Shown piece by piece: positions 1 to 8,185 of a DNA stretch of 32,350 bases (the first letter of the stretch is position 1; each line of letters opens with the position of its first letter). Location of the stretch: NCBI GenBank assembly GCA_964502185.1, contig CAZCVW010000004.1, forward strand, positions 1 through 32,350, written 5' to 3'. Under the pieces are notes generated by a model. It was given only the letters and a program-made list of their open reading frames with translations, did no database searches and was not told where the DNA came from. A program made the translations under genes and the position numbers. This DNA is from an uncultured Burkholderiales bacterium. Lineage in GTDB: Bacteria > Actinomycetota > Acidimicrobiia > IMCC26256 > BP-133.

Positions 1-1
1 C

Positions 2-376
2 CCGGAGGACAGCCGGGACGTCGTCGACCAGCTCACCGACGGGCGCGGGGCCGACGTCGCCGTCGACGCCGTCGGCGGGCCCCGCCCACTGCAGTCCGCC
101 TGCGACCTCGTGCGGGCCCGGGGCACGGTCGTATCCGTCGGCGCCCACTTCGACACCACATTCGCCTATCCGGTGGCCCGGGCATTCGCGGACGAGCTCT
201 CGCTCCGCTTCGCCATCGGCGACGGCATCCGGCTGCGCGACCGCCTGCTGGCGCTCGTCACCGCCGGGGTGATCGACCCGACCGTCGTGGTGACCGCCCG
301 AGTCGGGCTCGACGCCGTCCCCGCCGCCTACCAGCGCTTTTCGGATCACCAGGAGGTCAAAGTCCTTATCCTGTGA
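2..376 (+). CDS. Zn-dependent alcohol dehydrogenase-like (medium-chain dehydrogenase/reductase) protein, C-terminal part; the 5' end lies outside the window
   Basis: The frame is open from the window edge (PEDSRDVVDQLTDGRGADVAVDAVGG...ARGTVVSVG...) and ends ...YQRFSDHQEVKVLIL*. This is the usual cofactor-domain and C-terminal pattern of MDR dehydrogenases. The listed ORF 110..376 is only the part after an internal start-like codon. Confidence 0.7.
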   Translation, partial: PEDSRDVVDQLTDGRGADVAVDAVGGPRPLQSACDLVRARGTVVSVGAHFDTTFAYPVARAFADELSLRFAIGDGIRLRDRLLALVTAGVIDPTVVVTARVGLDAVPAAYQRFSDHQEVKVLIL

Positions 377-2709
377 CCGGGTTCCGGCAACCGAGAGGGA
401 ACGCGGTGGCGAGGCGAAGCTCAGAAACGCTTCTAGGCGGGCCAGCCGGCGCCGTGCCGGTCGAGGCGCCCCAACCGGGGCGGCCCGGCGGTGAAGGCGT
501 GGCTGCGGCCCTGCAGGTCGTCGCCGCCCTCCGCCGAGCCGCGTCCGTGAGCCCGGAGGCGGTGATGGTGAAGACGGCACAGGTCCTCGCCGGCCTGGCC
601 GGCTCCACCGAGGCCGCGCTGATCACCCCGTTAGGCAGCTCCTGGCGGGTCGTCGGGGCCAGCACACCCGAGAGCTCCATCGCTTCGGCCCTCGAGGCGC
701 TCCCACTGGAGGCCCGCGAGTGGACGACCGTCCATGCCCTCGACGCTATGGGCCTCTCGGTCATACCCTTACGGCCCGGCTCCCTGGCGCTCGCCGTTGC
801 CGTCGTCCTCGACCCGTCGAGCCCCGCGGCGACGGAGCTCCAACTCGCCGCCCAGGGGTGCGAGCTCCTCATCGCCGACGCCGAGCGGATTGCCGAGATG
901 CAGGACCTCGTGACGGAGCTCGGCGCCCTCGAGGCGGTGACCATCGACATCCTCTCGGTCCGGGAGGTCGACCAGGTCCTCCTCTCCATCGCCCGCCAGA
1001 CCCTCGCCCTGGTCGAGTCCGACATGGCCGGTGTGTTCCTGCGCGACGGCGAGCGCCTCGTCATGCGCTCCTGCGTCGGCCATCGTCGGGCCCGTACCGC
1101 CCACCTGTGCATCGAGCCTGGCCAGGGGCTGGCAGGACGGGTGCTCGAGACCGCGGAACCCTGCAAGGTCGACAGCTACCTCGAGAGCGACGCCATCAGC
1201 CACCACTTCAACCCGCTCGCCCTGGCCGAGGACACCCAGTCCGCGCTGGGCGCTCCGCTGATCGTGCACGGTGAGGTGATCGGTGTCCTCGAGGTGTGGC
1301 GCCGGCGCAGATCCGTGTTCAGCGACCGCCATGTCCGGCGGATCGTGGCTCTGGCCAATCTCGCGGCTATCGCCATCGAGAACGCCCGCCTGTACGACCG
1401 CCAGCACGAGAGCGTCCGCCTGCTGGCGGCCGCCGAAGAGTCCCTCAGCGTGCAGCTGAACGTGGTCACTGATGTGCATGCCCTGCAGCGCGCTCTCATC
1501 GGTCACGTCCTGGACGGCGGGGGCCTGACCGCGATCGTCCGCACGGTCGCCGAGCAGGTGGGCGGGGAGGTCGGCGTCTTCTCGTCCGAGGGCGAGCCGG
1601 TCGCGTCGTACCCTCTCACCGCGGCGGCGGGGGTCATGCGCGCCGAGATCCGGCGCCGAGCCCACGCCGGCGGTGGGACGTCCGGCAGCACGAGCACCGC
1701 TCTGGACGACGGCCGGTGGCTCACCGTCCAGGAGATCCGAGCCGGGCAGGACCGGCTCGGATGGTTCTGCCTGCTCGCCGCGCAGCGGCCCGGGAGTGGC
1801 GTCGTCCTGGCGGTCGGCGAGGCCGCTCTGTGCTGCGCGCTCAGCCAGCTCGAGCAGCGGGCGGCTGACCAGGCGCTTTCCGACGCCCGGGAGCAGATCG
1901 TCTGGGATCTCCTCGAAGCCTCGCCCGATCACCGCCTGGCGGCCGTCAGCCGGGCGGCGCGCCTCCGGATCAACGTCTCGCGGCCGCACCGGGTGTTGCG
2001 CGGCACCATCGAGAACCTCGAAGACCTTGCCCGAGCGGCGGAATGGGACACCGTCCGCCTCGAGCGGCTCCGCCGTCAGATCCTCGGAATGGTCCGGAGA
2101 GTCATCGGGGATCGAGACGCCGGTGAGCTCGTCGCCGCCCGGGGTGACACCCTCACCGCGATCGTCGCGTGCACCGAGCCGGCCGCGGTGCGCGACCTGA
2201 TCCGGGCCTTGCGGTTGGAGGCGTCACGCCTCGTCCCCGGCCTGGCGACCGCCTGGGGTGTAAGCGGTAGCCGGGACGATCCCCTCGATCTGCGGACGGC
2301 TCACCGCGAGGCGGACGTGGCGCTCCTCGCCGCCCAGCGCCTCGGCGCCGACGGCTTGGCGATTCACGACGAGCTGGGAGTCATCCGCCTGCTCCTCGCC
2401 TCCGACTCCGACCCGAACCTGCAGAGCTTCGTGGACGACGCGATCGGCCCTGTCATCGAACACGATCGCCGGCACGACGGTGAGCTCATGAAGACCCTCC
2501 GCGCTTACTTCGCCGCCGACTGCTCGCAGCAGGAGGCCGCCAAACAGCTCTACGTCCACCACAAGACGCTCCGGTACCGCCTCGACCGCATCGAAGCGCT
2601 CACGTCCCTCGACTTGCGCCGCCACGACGACCGCGTCCGCGCCGACCTCGCCCTCAAGATCTTCGACGTGGCCCACCTCGGTGCCGCCGCCGACGACGGC
2701 GACAGTTGA
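373..2709 (+). CDS. GAF-domain plus PucR/CdaR-type helix-turn-helix transcriptional regulator
   Basis: It has a GAF-like block (LLSIARQTLALVESDMAGVFLRDGERLVMRSCVGH...GVLEVWRRRRSVFSDRHVRRIVALANLAAIAIENARLYD). It also has a C-terminal PucR-type HTH (LMKTLRAYFAADCSQQEAAKQLYVHHKTLRYRLDRIEALTSLDL). The GTG at 373 overlaps the upstream stop (GTGA). An in-frame ATG at 565 with GGAGG 4 nt upstream is an alternative start. Confidence 0.8.
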   Translation: MTGFRQPRGNAVARRSSETLLGGPAGAVPVEAPQPGRPGGEGVAAALQVVAALRRAASVSPEAVMVKTAQVLAGLAGSTEAALITPLGSSWRVVGASTPESSIASALEALPLEAREWTTVHALDAMGLSVIPLRPGSLALAVAVVLDPSSPAATELQLAAQGCELLIADAERIAEMQDLVTELGALEAVTIDILSVREVDQVLLSIARQTLALVESDMAGVFLRDGERLVMRSCVGHRRARTAHLCIEPGQGLAGRVLETAEPCKVDSYLESDAISHHFNPLALAEDTQSALGAPLIVHGEVIGVLEVWRRRRSVFSDRHVRRIVALANLAAIAIENARLYDRQHESVRLLAAAEESLSVQLNVVTDVHALQRALIGHVLDGGGLTAIVRTVAEQVGGEVGVFSSEGEPVASYPLTAAAGVMRAEIRRRAHAGGGTSGSTSTALDDGRWLTVQEIRAGQDRLGWFCLLAAQRPGSGVVLAVGEAALCCALSQLEQRAADQALSDAREQIVWDLLEASPDHRLAAVSRAARLRINVSRPHRVLRGTIENLEDLARAAEWDTVRLERLRRQILGMVRRVIGDRDAGELVAARGDTLTAIVACTEPAAVRDLIRALRLEASRLVPGLATAWGVSGSRDDPLDLRTAHREADVALLAAQRLGADGLAIHDELGVIRLLLASDSDPNLQSFVDDAIGPVIEHDRRHDGELMKTLRAYFAADCSQQEAAKQLYVHHKTLRYRLDRIEALTSLDLRRHDDRVRADLALKIFDVAHLGAAADDGDS

Positions 2710-2727
2710 TCCCGATCGGCGGTGACG

Positions 2728-4530
2728 TCAGCTCGACGTCAGCCGCTGGTGTTCCGCTTCGTCCCAAGCCCGGAGCGCCTGGCGGTCCGGCACACCGGCC
2801 AGACCACCGGCGAAGTCCGCCGAGACGGCGTCCCGCGTGACGAGCACGTCGAGGACGGACGGAGCCCGCTCGATCGCCCGCTTGAGCGCTCCCGGAAGTT
2901 CGTCGGCCGTCTCGACCCGCTCGCCGTACGCACCCAGGGCCTGGGCCAGGACGTCGTAGCGACATCCTGGCAACTCCACCCCGACCAGGTTCCCGCCGTA
3001 GTTCTGCAGCTGGTCGTGGCGCTCGATGTTCCAGGCCTCGTTGTTGGCGACGACGAACACGGCCCGGGCGCCCGTCCGCACCGCGGTGTCGACCTCCATG
3101 GCCGTGAATCCGAAGGAACCGTCACCGATCAACGCGAAGACCGGCCGGCCGGGGAAGTTGAGAGCGGCGGAGGTGGCGAACGGTACGCCGACGCCGAGGC
3201 AGCCGAGCGGCCCGGGATCGAGGTACGCCGGGGTCACCAGGGCGACCCGGGCGAAGGACAGGATGTCCCCGCCGTCGGCGACGACCACCGAATCCGCACC
3301 GATCACGTCGTTCAACGCGGCGATCAGCGTGTACGGGTGCATCCGGCCGTCGGCGCCGGGACCACAGTCCCGCATCGTGGCCGCTAGTTCCCGGGCCCGC
3401 TCGGCGTTGGCCGCAACCAGTTCGTCGCGCCAGCCCGGGTCGGCGTCATGCGGCGCGCAACCGGCGGCGAGCAGGCTCGCCAGAGCGACCTCGGCATCGG
3501 CTTTCACCTCGGCGTCCCCACGCCGGTTGTCCGCCGTCTCCTCGCGGGTCGGACCGATACGGACGAAGCGGGCGTCGGGAGCGAAGACGGCGCGTGACCC
3601 GTACGCGACCTGAAAGTCGAGGCGCCGCTCGAGCGTGACGACGGTATCGGCTTCCCGCATCGCCCGTCCCCGCATGGCGGGGACGAAGCTCGGATGGTCG
3701 TGCGGGACCACGCCGCGGCTCTCCGCCGTGTCGAGGTAGAGGGCGCCGGTCTCATCGAGGAAGCGCACGAGGTCGGGCCCGCAGCGACGGGCCCCTCGAC
3801 CGGCGATCACGAGCGGGCGGCGCGCCTGCCTCAGCACCTCCACCGCGGCGGCGACGGCGTCCGGGTCGGGTCGGCGACGGTCCCGAGGCCGGGGCTGAAA
3901 CCAGGAACGGTCGAGCTCGGCGTCCGCGAGGGTCTCGCGCAACAGATCAGTGGGGAAGTCGATGTAGGCGGGCCCGGGCGGGCCGTCGGACCCGAGGGCA
4001 GCGTCCAGGACGGCGTCGAGCCGGGGAAGCACGTGGTGGCGCTCGGAGACCACTTCGACCCGGCGGCAGAGGGGCGCCACGACGGCCGCCTGCGGGATGT
4101 CCTGCAGTCCACCCATACCCGTCTGAGGCCGGGGGACGCGGCCGGAGATGATGAGGACGGGCGAGCGGGACATTCCCGCGTTGGCGATCCCGGTCACCGC
4201 GTTGGTGAGGCCTGGCCCGGCGGTCACCAGCGCCACACCCGGTCGACCGGTTAGCTCTGCTTCGGCGTGCGCCATGTAGACCGCGGCACACTCGTGGCGA
4301 ACATCGACGACCTGGATGCCGAGGCGCGCGACTTCGTCCCAAATCGGAAGGACATGCCCTCCGCAAAGCCCGTAGACACGTTCGACCCCGTGGGCGGCCA
4401 GGAACTCCGCCACGGCCCGCGCCACCGTCCACCGATCTATTTCCCGACCGTCGCCCGGTTCGCTGGAGGGCCCCGACTGTTCGGTCTTCATGTTCTCGAA
4501 CCACTCTCGGGCCAGGCCGCATCCGGGCAT
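2728..4530 (-). CDS. Thiamine-diphosphate enzyme, oxalyl-CoA decarboxylase / 2-hydroxyacyl-CoA lyase-like (ThDP enzyme 1)
   Basis: The PYR domain carries the catalytic-Glu context (VRHECAAVYMAHAEAELTGRPGVALVTAGPGLTNAVTGIANA). The PP domain carries the ThDP/Mg motif GDGSFGFTAMEVDTAVRTGARAVFVVANNEAWN. The GDxxFGF..ME layout is what I remember from OXC/HACL rather than acetolactate synthases. The ATG at 4530 lies 10 nt after the mutase small-subunit stop, with GGAG in between. ATG 4491 (MKTEQSG...) is an alternative start. Confidence 0.85.
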   Translation of the reverse strand: MPGCGLAREWFENMKTEQSGPSSEPGDGREIDRWTVARAVAEFLAAHGVERVYGLCGGHVLPIWDEVARLGIQVVDVRHECAAVYMAHAEAELTGRPGVALVTAGPGLTNAVTGIANAGMSRSPVLIISGRVPRPQTGMGGLQDIPQAAVVAPLCRRVEVVSERHHVLPRLDAVLDAALGSDGPPGPAYIDFPTDLLRETLADAELDRSWFQPRPRDRRRPDPDAVAAAVEVLRQARRPLVIAGRGARRCGPDLVRFLDETGALYLDTAESRGVVPHDHPSFVPAMRGRAMREADTVVTLERRLDFQVAYGSRAVFAPDARFVRIGPTREETADNRRGDAEVKADAEVALASLLAAGCAPHDADPGWRDELVAANAERARELAATMRDCGPGADGRMHPYTLIAALNDVIGADSVVVADGGDILSFARVALVTPAYLDPGPLGCLGVGVPFATSAALNFPGRPVFALIGDGSFGFTAMEVDTAVRTGARAVFVVANNEAWNIERHDQLQNYGGNLVGVELPGCRYDVLAQALGAYGERVETADELPGALKRAIERAPSVLDVLVTRDAVSADFAGGLAGVPDRQALRAWDEAEHQRLTSS

Positions 4531-4540
4531 GACGCTCCGA

Positions 4541-4957
4541 TCATCGCTGGTCGGCGGGCGTGTACGCGTCCTCGTCAGGGACCCGCTCGCGGATGAAACG
4601 GACGATCTCGTCGGTGTGGGTGCCCGGCGGGAAGCACCCCGCCACGCCGCACTCGCCCAGGGCGGCGATGTCTTCCCGGAGGAGACTCCCGCCGGCCAGC
4701 AGCAGAATTTCGCCGGCGCCCGCCTCCTCGAGTCGCTGCCGCAGCTCCGTCATGATCGGCACGTGCTGCCCCGAGAGGTTGGAGACACCGATCACGTGCA
4801 CGTCCTCTTGGACCGCCATGCGCACAGTCTCGGAGACCGTCGTGCGCAGCCCGGTGTAGATCACCTCCATCCCGGCATCTCGCAGCGAGCGAGCGACGAC
4901 CTTGACGCCGACATCGTGGCCATCGATGCCAGGCTTGGCCAGCAGCACACGGATCAT
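4541..4957 (-). CDS. Acyl-CoA mutase small subunit, cobalamin-binding domain (operon 1)
   Basis: The 138-aa product MIRVLLAKPGIDGHDVGVKVVARSLRDAGMEVIYTG... contains the DxHxxG B12-binding motif (DGHDVG). A strong GGAGGAG RBS lies just upstream of ATG 4957. The longer listed ORF (to 5710) is a shadow extension inside the large-subunit gene. Confidence 0.9.
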   Translation of the reverse strand: MIRVLLAKPGIDGHDVGVKVVARSLRDAGMEVIYTGLRTTVSETVRMAVQEDVHVIGVSNLSGQHVPIMTELRQRLEEAGAGEILLLAGGSLLREDIAALGECGVAGCFPPGTHTDEIVRFIRERVPDEDAYTPADQR

Positions 4958-4995
4958 CGTCGAACTCCTCCGTCGCAACCGGGAACGACCGCCGG

Positions 4996-6639
4996 CTAGT
5001 AGATCGCGGGCGCCCGGAAGGCGCCGAACACGTCGATGAGGGCGGCGATGATCTCGCCCTGGGTCGCCCCGTTTCCGATGGCATCCAACACTGCCGGCAT
5101 CGTGTTCTCGTTGCGCTCCGCCACCGCCCGTACCTGGTCCAGGCTTCGCTGCACCGGGACGTCGTCGCGGGACGACCGGAAGGCGCTGAGGCGGCGCAGC
5201 TGCTCCTCCTCGGAGGCGTCGTCGACTCGGAAGGTCTCGAGCTCGTACTCCTCGTGCTCTATCCGGTAGGCGTTGACTCCGACCACGACCCGCTGACCGG
5301 AGAGGATCTCCTTCTGCATGGCGTATGCGTTGTCGCTGATGATGCGCTCGAAGGTCCCGTCCTCGGCGCAGGTGATCGCTCCCCCGCGAGCGTCGATGTC
5401 GGCGATCCAGTCGTATGTCCGCCGTTCCACCTCGTCGGTGAGACTCTCGACGTAGTACGAGCCGGCCAAGGGATCCACTGTGTTGGTGACGCCCGTCTCG
5501 TGGGCGATGACCTGCTGCGTCCGGAGCGACAGCGTCTGAGCCTTCTCCGAAGGGATCGAGAAGGCTTCGTCGTAGCATGACACGGCCATCGACTGCGTCC
5601 CGCCGACGGCCGCCGCCAGCGCCTGGACGGCGCCCCGGATCAGGTTGACCTCCGGTTGCTGGTACGTCATGGTGCTGCCGCCGGTTTGGACGTGCATCCG
5701 GAACCGACACGAATGCGGGTGCTTGGCCCCGAAGCGGTCGCGCAGGAGATGGGCCCAGATCCGCCGCGCCGCCCGGAATTTGGCGACCTCCTCGAAGAAG
5801 TCGCTCTGGACGTTCATGATGAACGAGAAGCGAGGGGCGAAGTCGTCGATGTCAAGGCCGCGCCCGAGCAGCTCCTCGATGTAGGAGATGGCCTGGGAGA
5901 AGGTGAAGGCCAACTCCTGGTCGGCCGTCGTGGCCGCCTCTCGGATGTTGTATCCGTTGATGTTGATTCCGTTCCATCGGGGCATGTTCCGGGCGCAGAA
6001 CTCCAGGAGGTCACCGGCGAGCTTGACCGACGGGCGGGGGGGGAAGATGTACGTCTTCTGGGCGTAGAAGTCCTTGAGCGGGTCGTTCTGCGTGGTGCCC
6101 GCCAGCTGGCGGATGTCGTACCCACGGCTCTTCGCCATGACGACGTACATCCCGAAGATCACGACGGCGGGGTGGTTGATCGTCTGGGAGACACTGATCT
6201 CGTCCAGGGCGATGCCCTCAAAGAGGTCGTGCATGTCGGCCAGCGTGTCGATCGCCACGCCGCTACGACCGACCTCCCCCTTCGAACGCGGGTCGTCCGA
6301 GTCCAGCCCGATGAGGGTCGGCACGTCGAAGTCGTTCGAGATGCCCGTCTGCCCATGGGCGATCACGTACTTGTTGCGGGCGTTCGTCTCGGGCGCCGTC
6401 CCCAGGCCGACCACCTGTCGCTGCGTCCACACCCGCCCGCGGTACATCGTCTCGTACGGCCCCCGGGTGAACGGGAAGAACCCCGCCCGCCCGACCCGCT
6501 CCTCGAAGCTCCAGTCGCTCAGGTCCTCGGGTTCGTACGCCTGCTTGACGGGGATGCCGGATCCGGTGACGAACCGTCGCTCCTCACCCGAGGCGGGTTC
6601 GGGTTGCTGCGGGTCGAGTTTGTCGCGCAGGTCCGTCAT
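4996..6639 (-). CDS. Coenzyme-B12 acyl-CoA mutase large (substrate-binding) subunit, divergent member of the methylmalonyl-/isobutyryl-/hydroxyisobutyryl-CoA mutase family (operon 1)
   Basis: Family hallmarks are present: FPFTRGPYETMYRGRVWTQRQ, GQTGISNDFDVPTLIGLDSDDP, NINGYNIREA, DFFEEVAKFRAARRIW, TQSMAVSCYDEAFSIPSE, LRTQQVIAHETGV. An AGGAAAGGAAA RBS lies before ATG 6639. Confidence 0.9.
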   Translation of the reverse strand: MTDLRDKLDPQQPEPASGEERRFVTGSGIPVKQAYEPEDLSDWSFEERVGRAGFFPFTRGPYETMYRGRVWTQRQVVGLGTAPETNARNKYVIAHGQTGISNDFDVPTLIGLDSDDPRSKGEVGRSGVAIDTLADMHDLFEGIALDEISVSQTINHPAVVIFGMYVVMAKSRGYDIRQLAGTTQNDPLKDFYAQKTYIFPPRPSVKLAGDLLEFCARNMPRWNGININGYNIREAATTADQELAFTFSQAISYIEELLGRGLDIDDFAPRFSFIMNVQSDFFEEVAKFRAARRIWAHLLRDRFGAKHPHSCRFRMHVQTGGSTMTYQQPEVNLIRGAVQALAAAVGGTQSMAVSCYDEAFSIPSEKAQTLSLRTQQVIAHETGVTNTVDPLAGSYYVESLTDEVERRTYDWIADIDARGGAITCAEDGTFERIISDNAYAMQKEILSGQRVVVGVNAYRIEHEEYELETFRVDDASEEEQLRRLSAFRSSRDDVPVQRSLDQVRAVAERNENTMPAVLDAIGNGATQGEIIAALIDVFGAFRAPAIY

Positions 6640-6722
6640 CGCGGTTTCCTTTCCTGGACGCTGAAGCGAGCGAGGCCGGCGCCGCGAAGGACTTGTTGCC
6701 TCACCCGAAGACCGATGGTAAC

Positions 6723-6735
6723 TTGGTCAGACCTT
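6723..6735. promoter_or_regulatory. Putative FadR/GntR-type operator, copy 1 (TTGGTCAGACCTT)
   Basis: This is one of five copies of the dyad TTGGyCwGACCAw. It lies in the divergent gap, 83 nt upstream of mutase operon 1 (ATG 6639) and 174 nt upstream of the dehydrogenase (ATG 6910). One arm is degenerate (ACCTT). Confidence 0.5.
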
Positions 6736-6909
6736 AGCGGTCCAGTGCTCGACGTCGGCGAAAGCCCATACGCAGGCTACGGGCGGCCATCGCGTCCGCG
6801 CTTCGATCTCGAAGAGCCGGACAGGGGTTGCCCTGATCAACACCCCCTCTTCCGCCGGCGCGAGCCCGCCGCTCATCCGACGACTCGACGGAAACGAGGT
6901 ACGTACGAG

Positions 6910-7812
6910 ATGCGAGCGAGCGCCAAGTCGGTTGGGCTCATCGGCCTCGGGAACATCGGCGGGGGCATGTGCAGCCGGCTCCTCGAATGTGGCTACGAGG
7001 TCTTCGGCTTCGACGTCTCGGAGGCCGCCGCGGCGGCCGCGGAGAAGGCGGGGGCGACGCTCTTGGGGTCGCCGGCCGAGGTGGCGGAAGCCACGCACGT
7101 GACCGTGACGTCCCTGCCCAACTCGGCCATTGTGTTCGAGGCGTGCACCGGCCCCAAGGGCTGGCTCGAGGGAGCCAGCCCCGGCGACACTGTCATCGAG
7201 ACCTCCACCATCGAGCCCGCCGCCATTCGACGGCTGGCTGAAGCGGCCGAGGCCAGGGGTGCTCGTGTCCTGGATGTGGCGCTGAGTGGCGAGCCTCCTC
7301 AGGCGGCCGCGGGCGAGTTGGTGTTCCAGGTCGGCGGCGACGACGAGCTCTTCGGCGAGCACCAGGCCCTCCTTGAGGCGATGTCCAAGAAGATCAACCG
7401 AACCGGCGGGATCGGCACCGCCAAGATCGTCAAGCTCGTCAACAACCTGATGTCGATCGGCAACATCGCCGTAGCGAGCGAGGCCTTCGTCCTCGGCGTG
7501 AAGTGCGGCATGGATCCGGAGCGGCTCTTCGAGATCCTTTCTGTATCCGGAGGCCGCTCCGCGCACTTCAACCACGACTTCCCCGGAGTGCTCGAAGGGA
7601 ACTACACGCCCGGGTTCAAGACGAGCCTGGCCGTCAAGGACCTGCGCCTCATCCTCGACCTGGCGTCATCCGAGGAGTACCCGACACGACTCGCCCAGGT
7701 CATCGAAGCTCTCTACTCAGAGGCCGTCGAGCGCGGCAGCGCTGATGAGCACTTCACGTCCGTGGTGAAGATCTACGAGGACCTCGTCGGGACCAAGGTC
7801 TCCCGGCCGTAG
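6910..7812 (+). CDS. NAD(P)-dependent beta-hydroxyacid dehydrogenase (3-hydroxyisobutyrate dehydrogenase family)
   Basis: It has an N-terminal Rossmann motif (VGLIGLGNIGGGM) and the family core (TSLPNS..., GGIGTAKIVKLVNNLMSIGNIAVASEAFVLG, GFKTSLAVKDLRL). The ATG at 6910 is preceded by GAGG. The upstream part of listed ORF 5656..7812 is antisense to the mutase gene and is not coding. Confidence 0.85.
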   Translation: MRASAKSVGLIGLGNIGGGMCSRLLECGYEVFGFDVSEAAAAAAEKAGATLLGSPAEVAEATHVTVTSLPNSAIVFEACTGPKGWLEGASPGDTVIETSTIEPAAIRRLAEAAEARGARVLDVALSGEPPQAAAGELVFQVGGDDELFGEHQALLEAMSKKINRTGGIGTAKIVKLVNNLMSIGNIAVASEAFVLGVKCGMDPERLFEILSVSGGRSAHFNHDFPGVLEGNYTPGFKTSLAVKDLRLILDLASSEEYPTRLAQVIEALYSEAVERGSADEHFTSVVKIYEDLVGTKVSRP

Positions 7813-8058
7813 CCGGGCGCCATCAGCAATCCAACCGTCTTGGCAATCGGACCGGGCCGGCGAACGCCCGGCTATGACCAGCAGGCGTCGGCTGGAGCCA
7901 GCCCGCCCGTGGCGACACGCCTAGAAGGCGTCAGCTGACGCGGCATCGCTGCGCAGCGACTCCCTGGAAACGCCGAGCGCGGCGCGTGTGGTGCCGAGCG
8001 CTGGGCAACGTGGCTGAAGTGAGTGGGCCATAGTTTTGATAGCTGGCCTACTTGACAT

Positions 8059-8071
8059 TTGGCCAGACCAA
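8059..8071. promoter_or_regulatory. Putative FadR/GntR-type operator, copy 2 (TTGGCCAGACCAA)
   Basis: Same dyad as the other copies, 115 nt upstream of the membrane-protein start. A consensus -35-like TTGACA (8052-8057) abuts it, so the site would sit in a promoter spacer. Confidence 0.5.
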
Positions 8072-8185
8072 ACTAATGATGCCCTCGTATTCATAGCGCC
8101 CCGATTGCGCTCAGCCCGGATTGTGGCGGGCGCGTTCCCGGCCCGGTACCAAAAGGGGGAAGGCCGGGGATCCCGGCCAAACACG

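Noticed and set aside
769-1989. Long antisense or shadow ORFs overlapping confidently assigned genes. Examples: 366..1166, 769..1989, the 5656..6909 part of ORF 5656..7812, 17547..18503, 18320..20251, 20130..21659, 22042..22938, 24222..25238, 25385..26617, 27168..28217, 28295..29098.
   Set aside because: Their translations are Arg/Pro/Gly/Ala-rich low-complexity strings typical of off-frame reading in ~70% GC DNA. In every case the overlapping frame has clear family motifs, RBSs and operon logic.
2795-2807. Operator-core look-alikes inside coding sequence: CCGGCCAGACCAC at 2795-2807 and CCGGCCAGACCCA at 10003-10015.
   Set aside because: They lack the TT/AA outer arms, are not dyad-symmetric, and lie within genes. 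They are most likely chance GC-rich matches.
6640-6722. I looked for a cobalamin riboswitch (B12-box-like GCCACTG core with flanking conserved helices) in the leaders of both mutase operons, 6640-6722 and 26743-26836.
   Set aside because: The leaders are too short (83 and ~20-90 nt) and contain no B12-box-like sequence. The conserved element there is the DNA dyad, not an RNA structure.
7928-7941. A perfect 14-bp palindrome, GCGTCAGCTGACGC, at 7928-7941, and the related direct repeat GACGTCAGC-tc-GACGTCAGC at 2724-2743 spanning the stop of ThDP enzyme 1.
   Set aside because: These are short GC-rich palindromes of a kind expected by chance once or twice in a window of this size and composition. 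They have no U-tract and no recurrence at promoters. They could be weak hairpins between genes, but I cannot support a function.
7921-8184. An 87-aa minus-strand ORF in the 372-nt gap between the dehydrogenase and membrane-protein genes. Its tail, ...TRAALGVSRESLRS..., faintly resembles an HTH.
   Set aside because: It has no RBS. It overlaps the operator/promoter region of the membrane-protein gene. The HTH-like similarity is only about 10 residues. At best it is an unverifiable relic.
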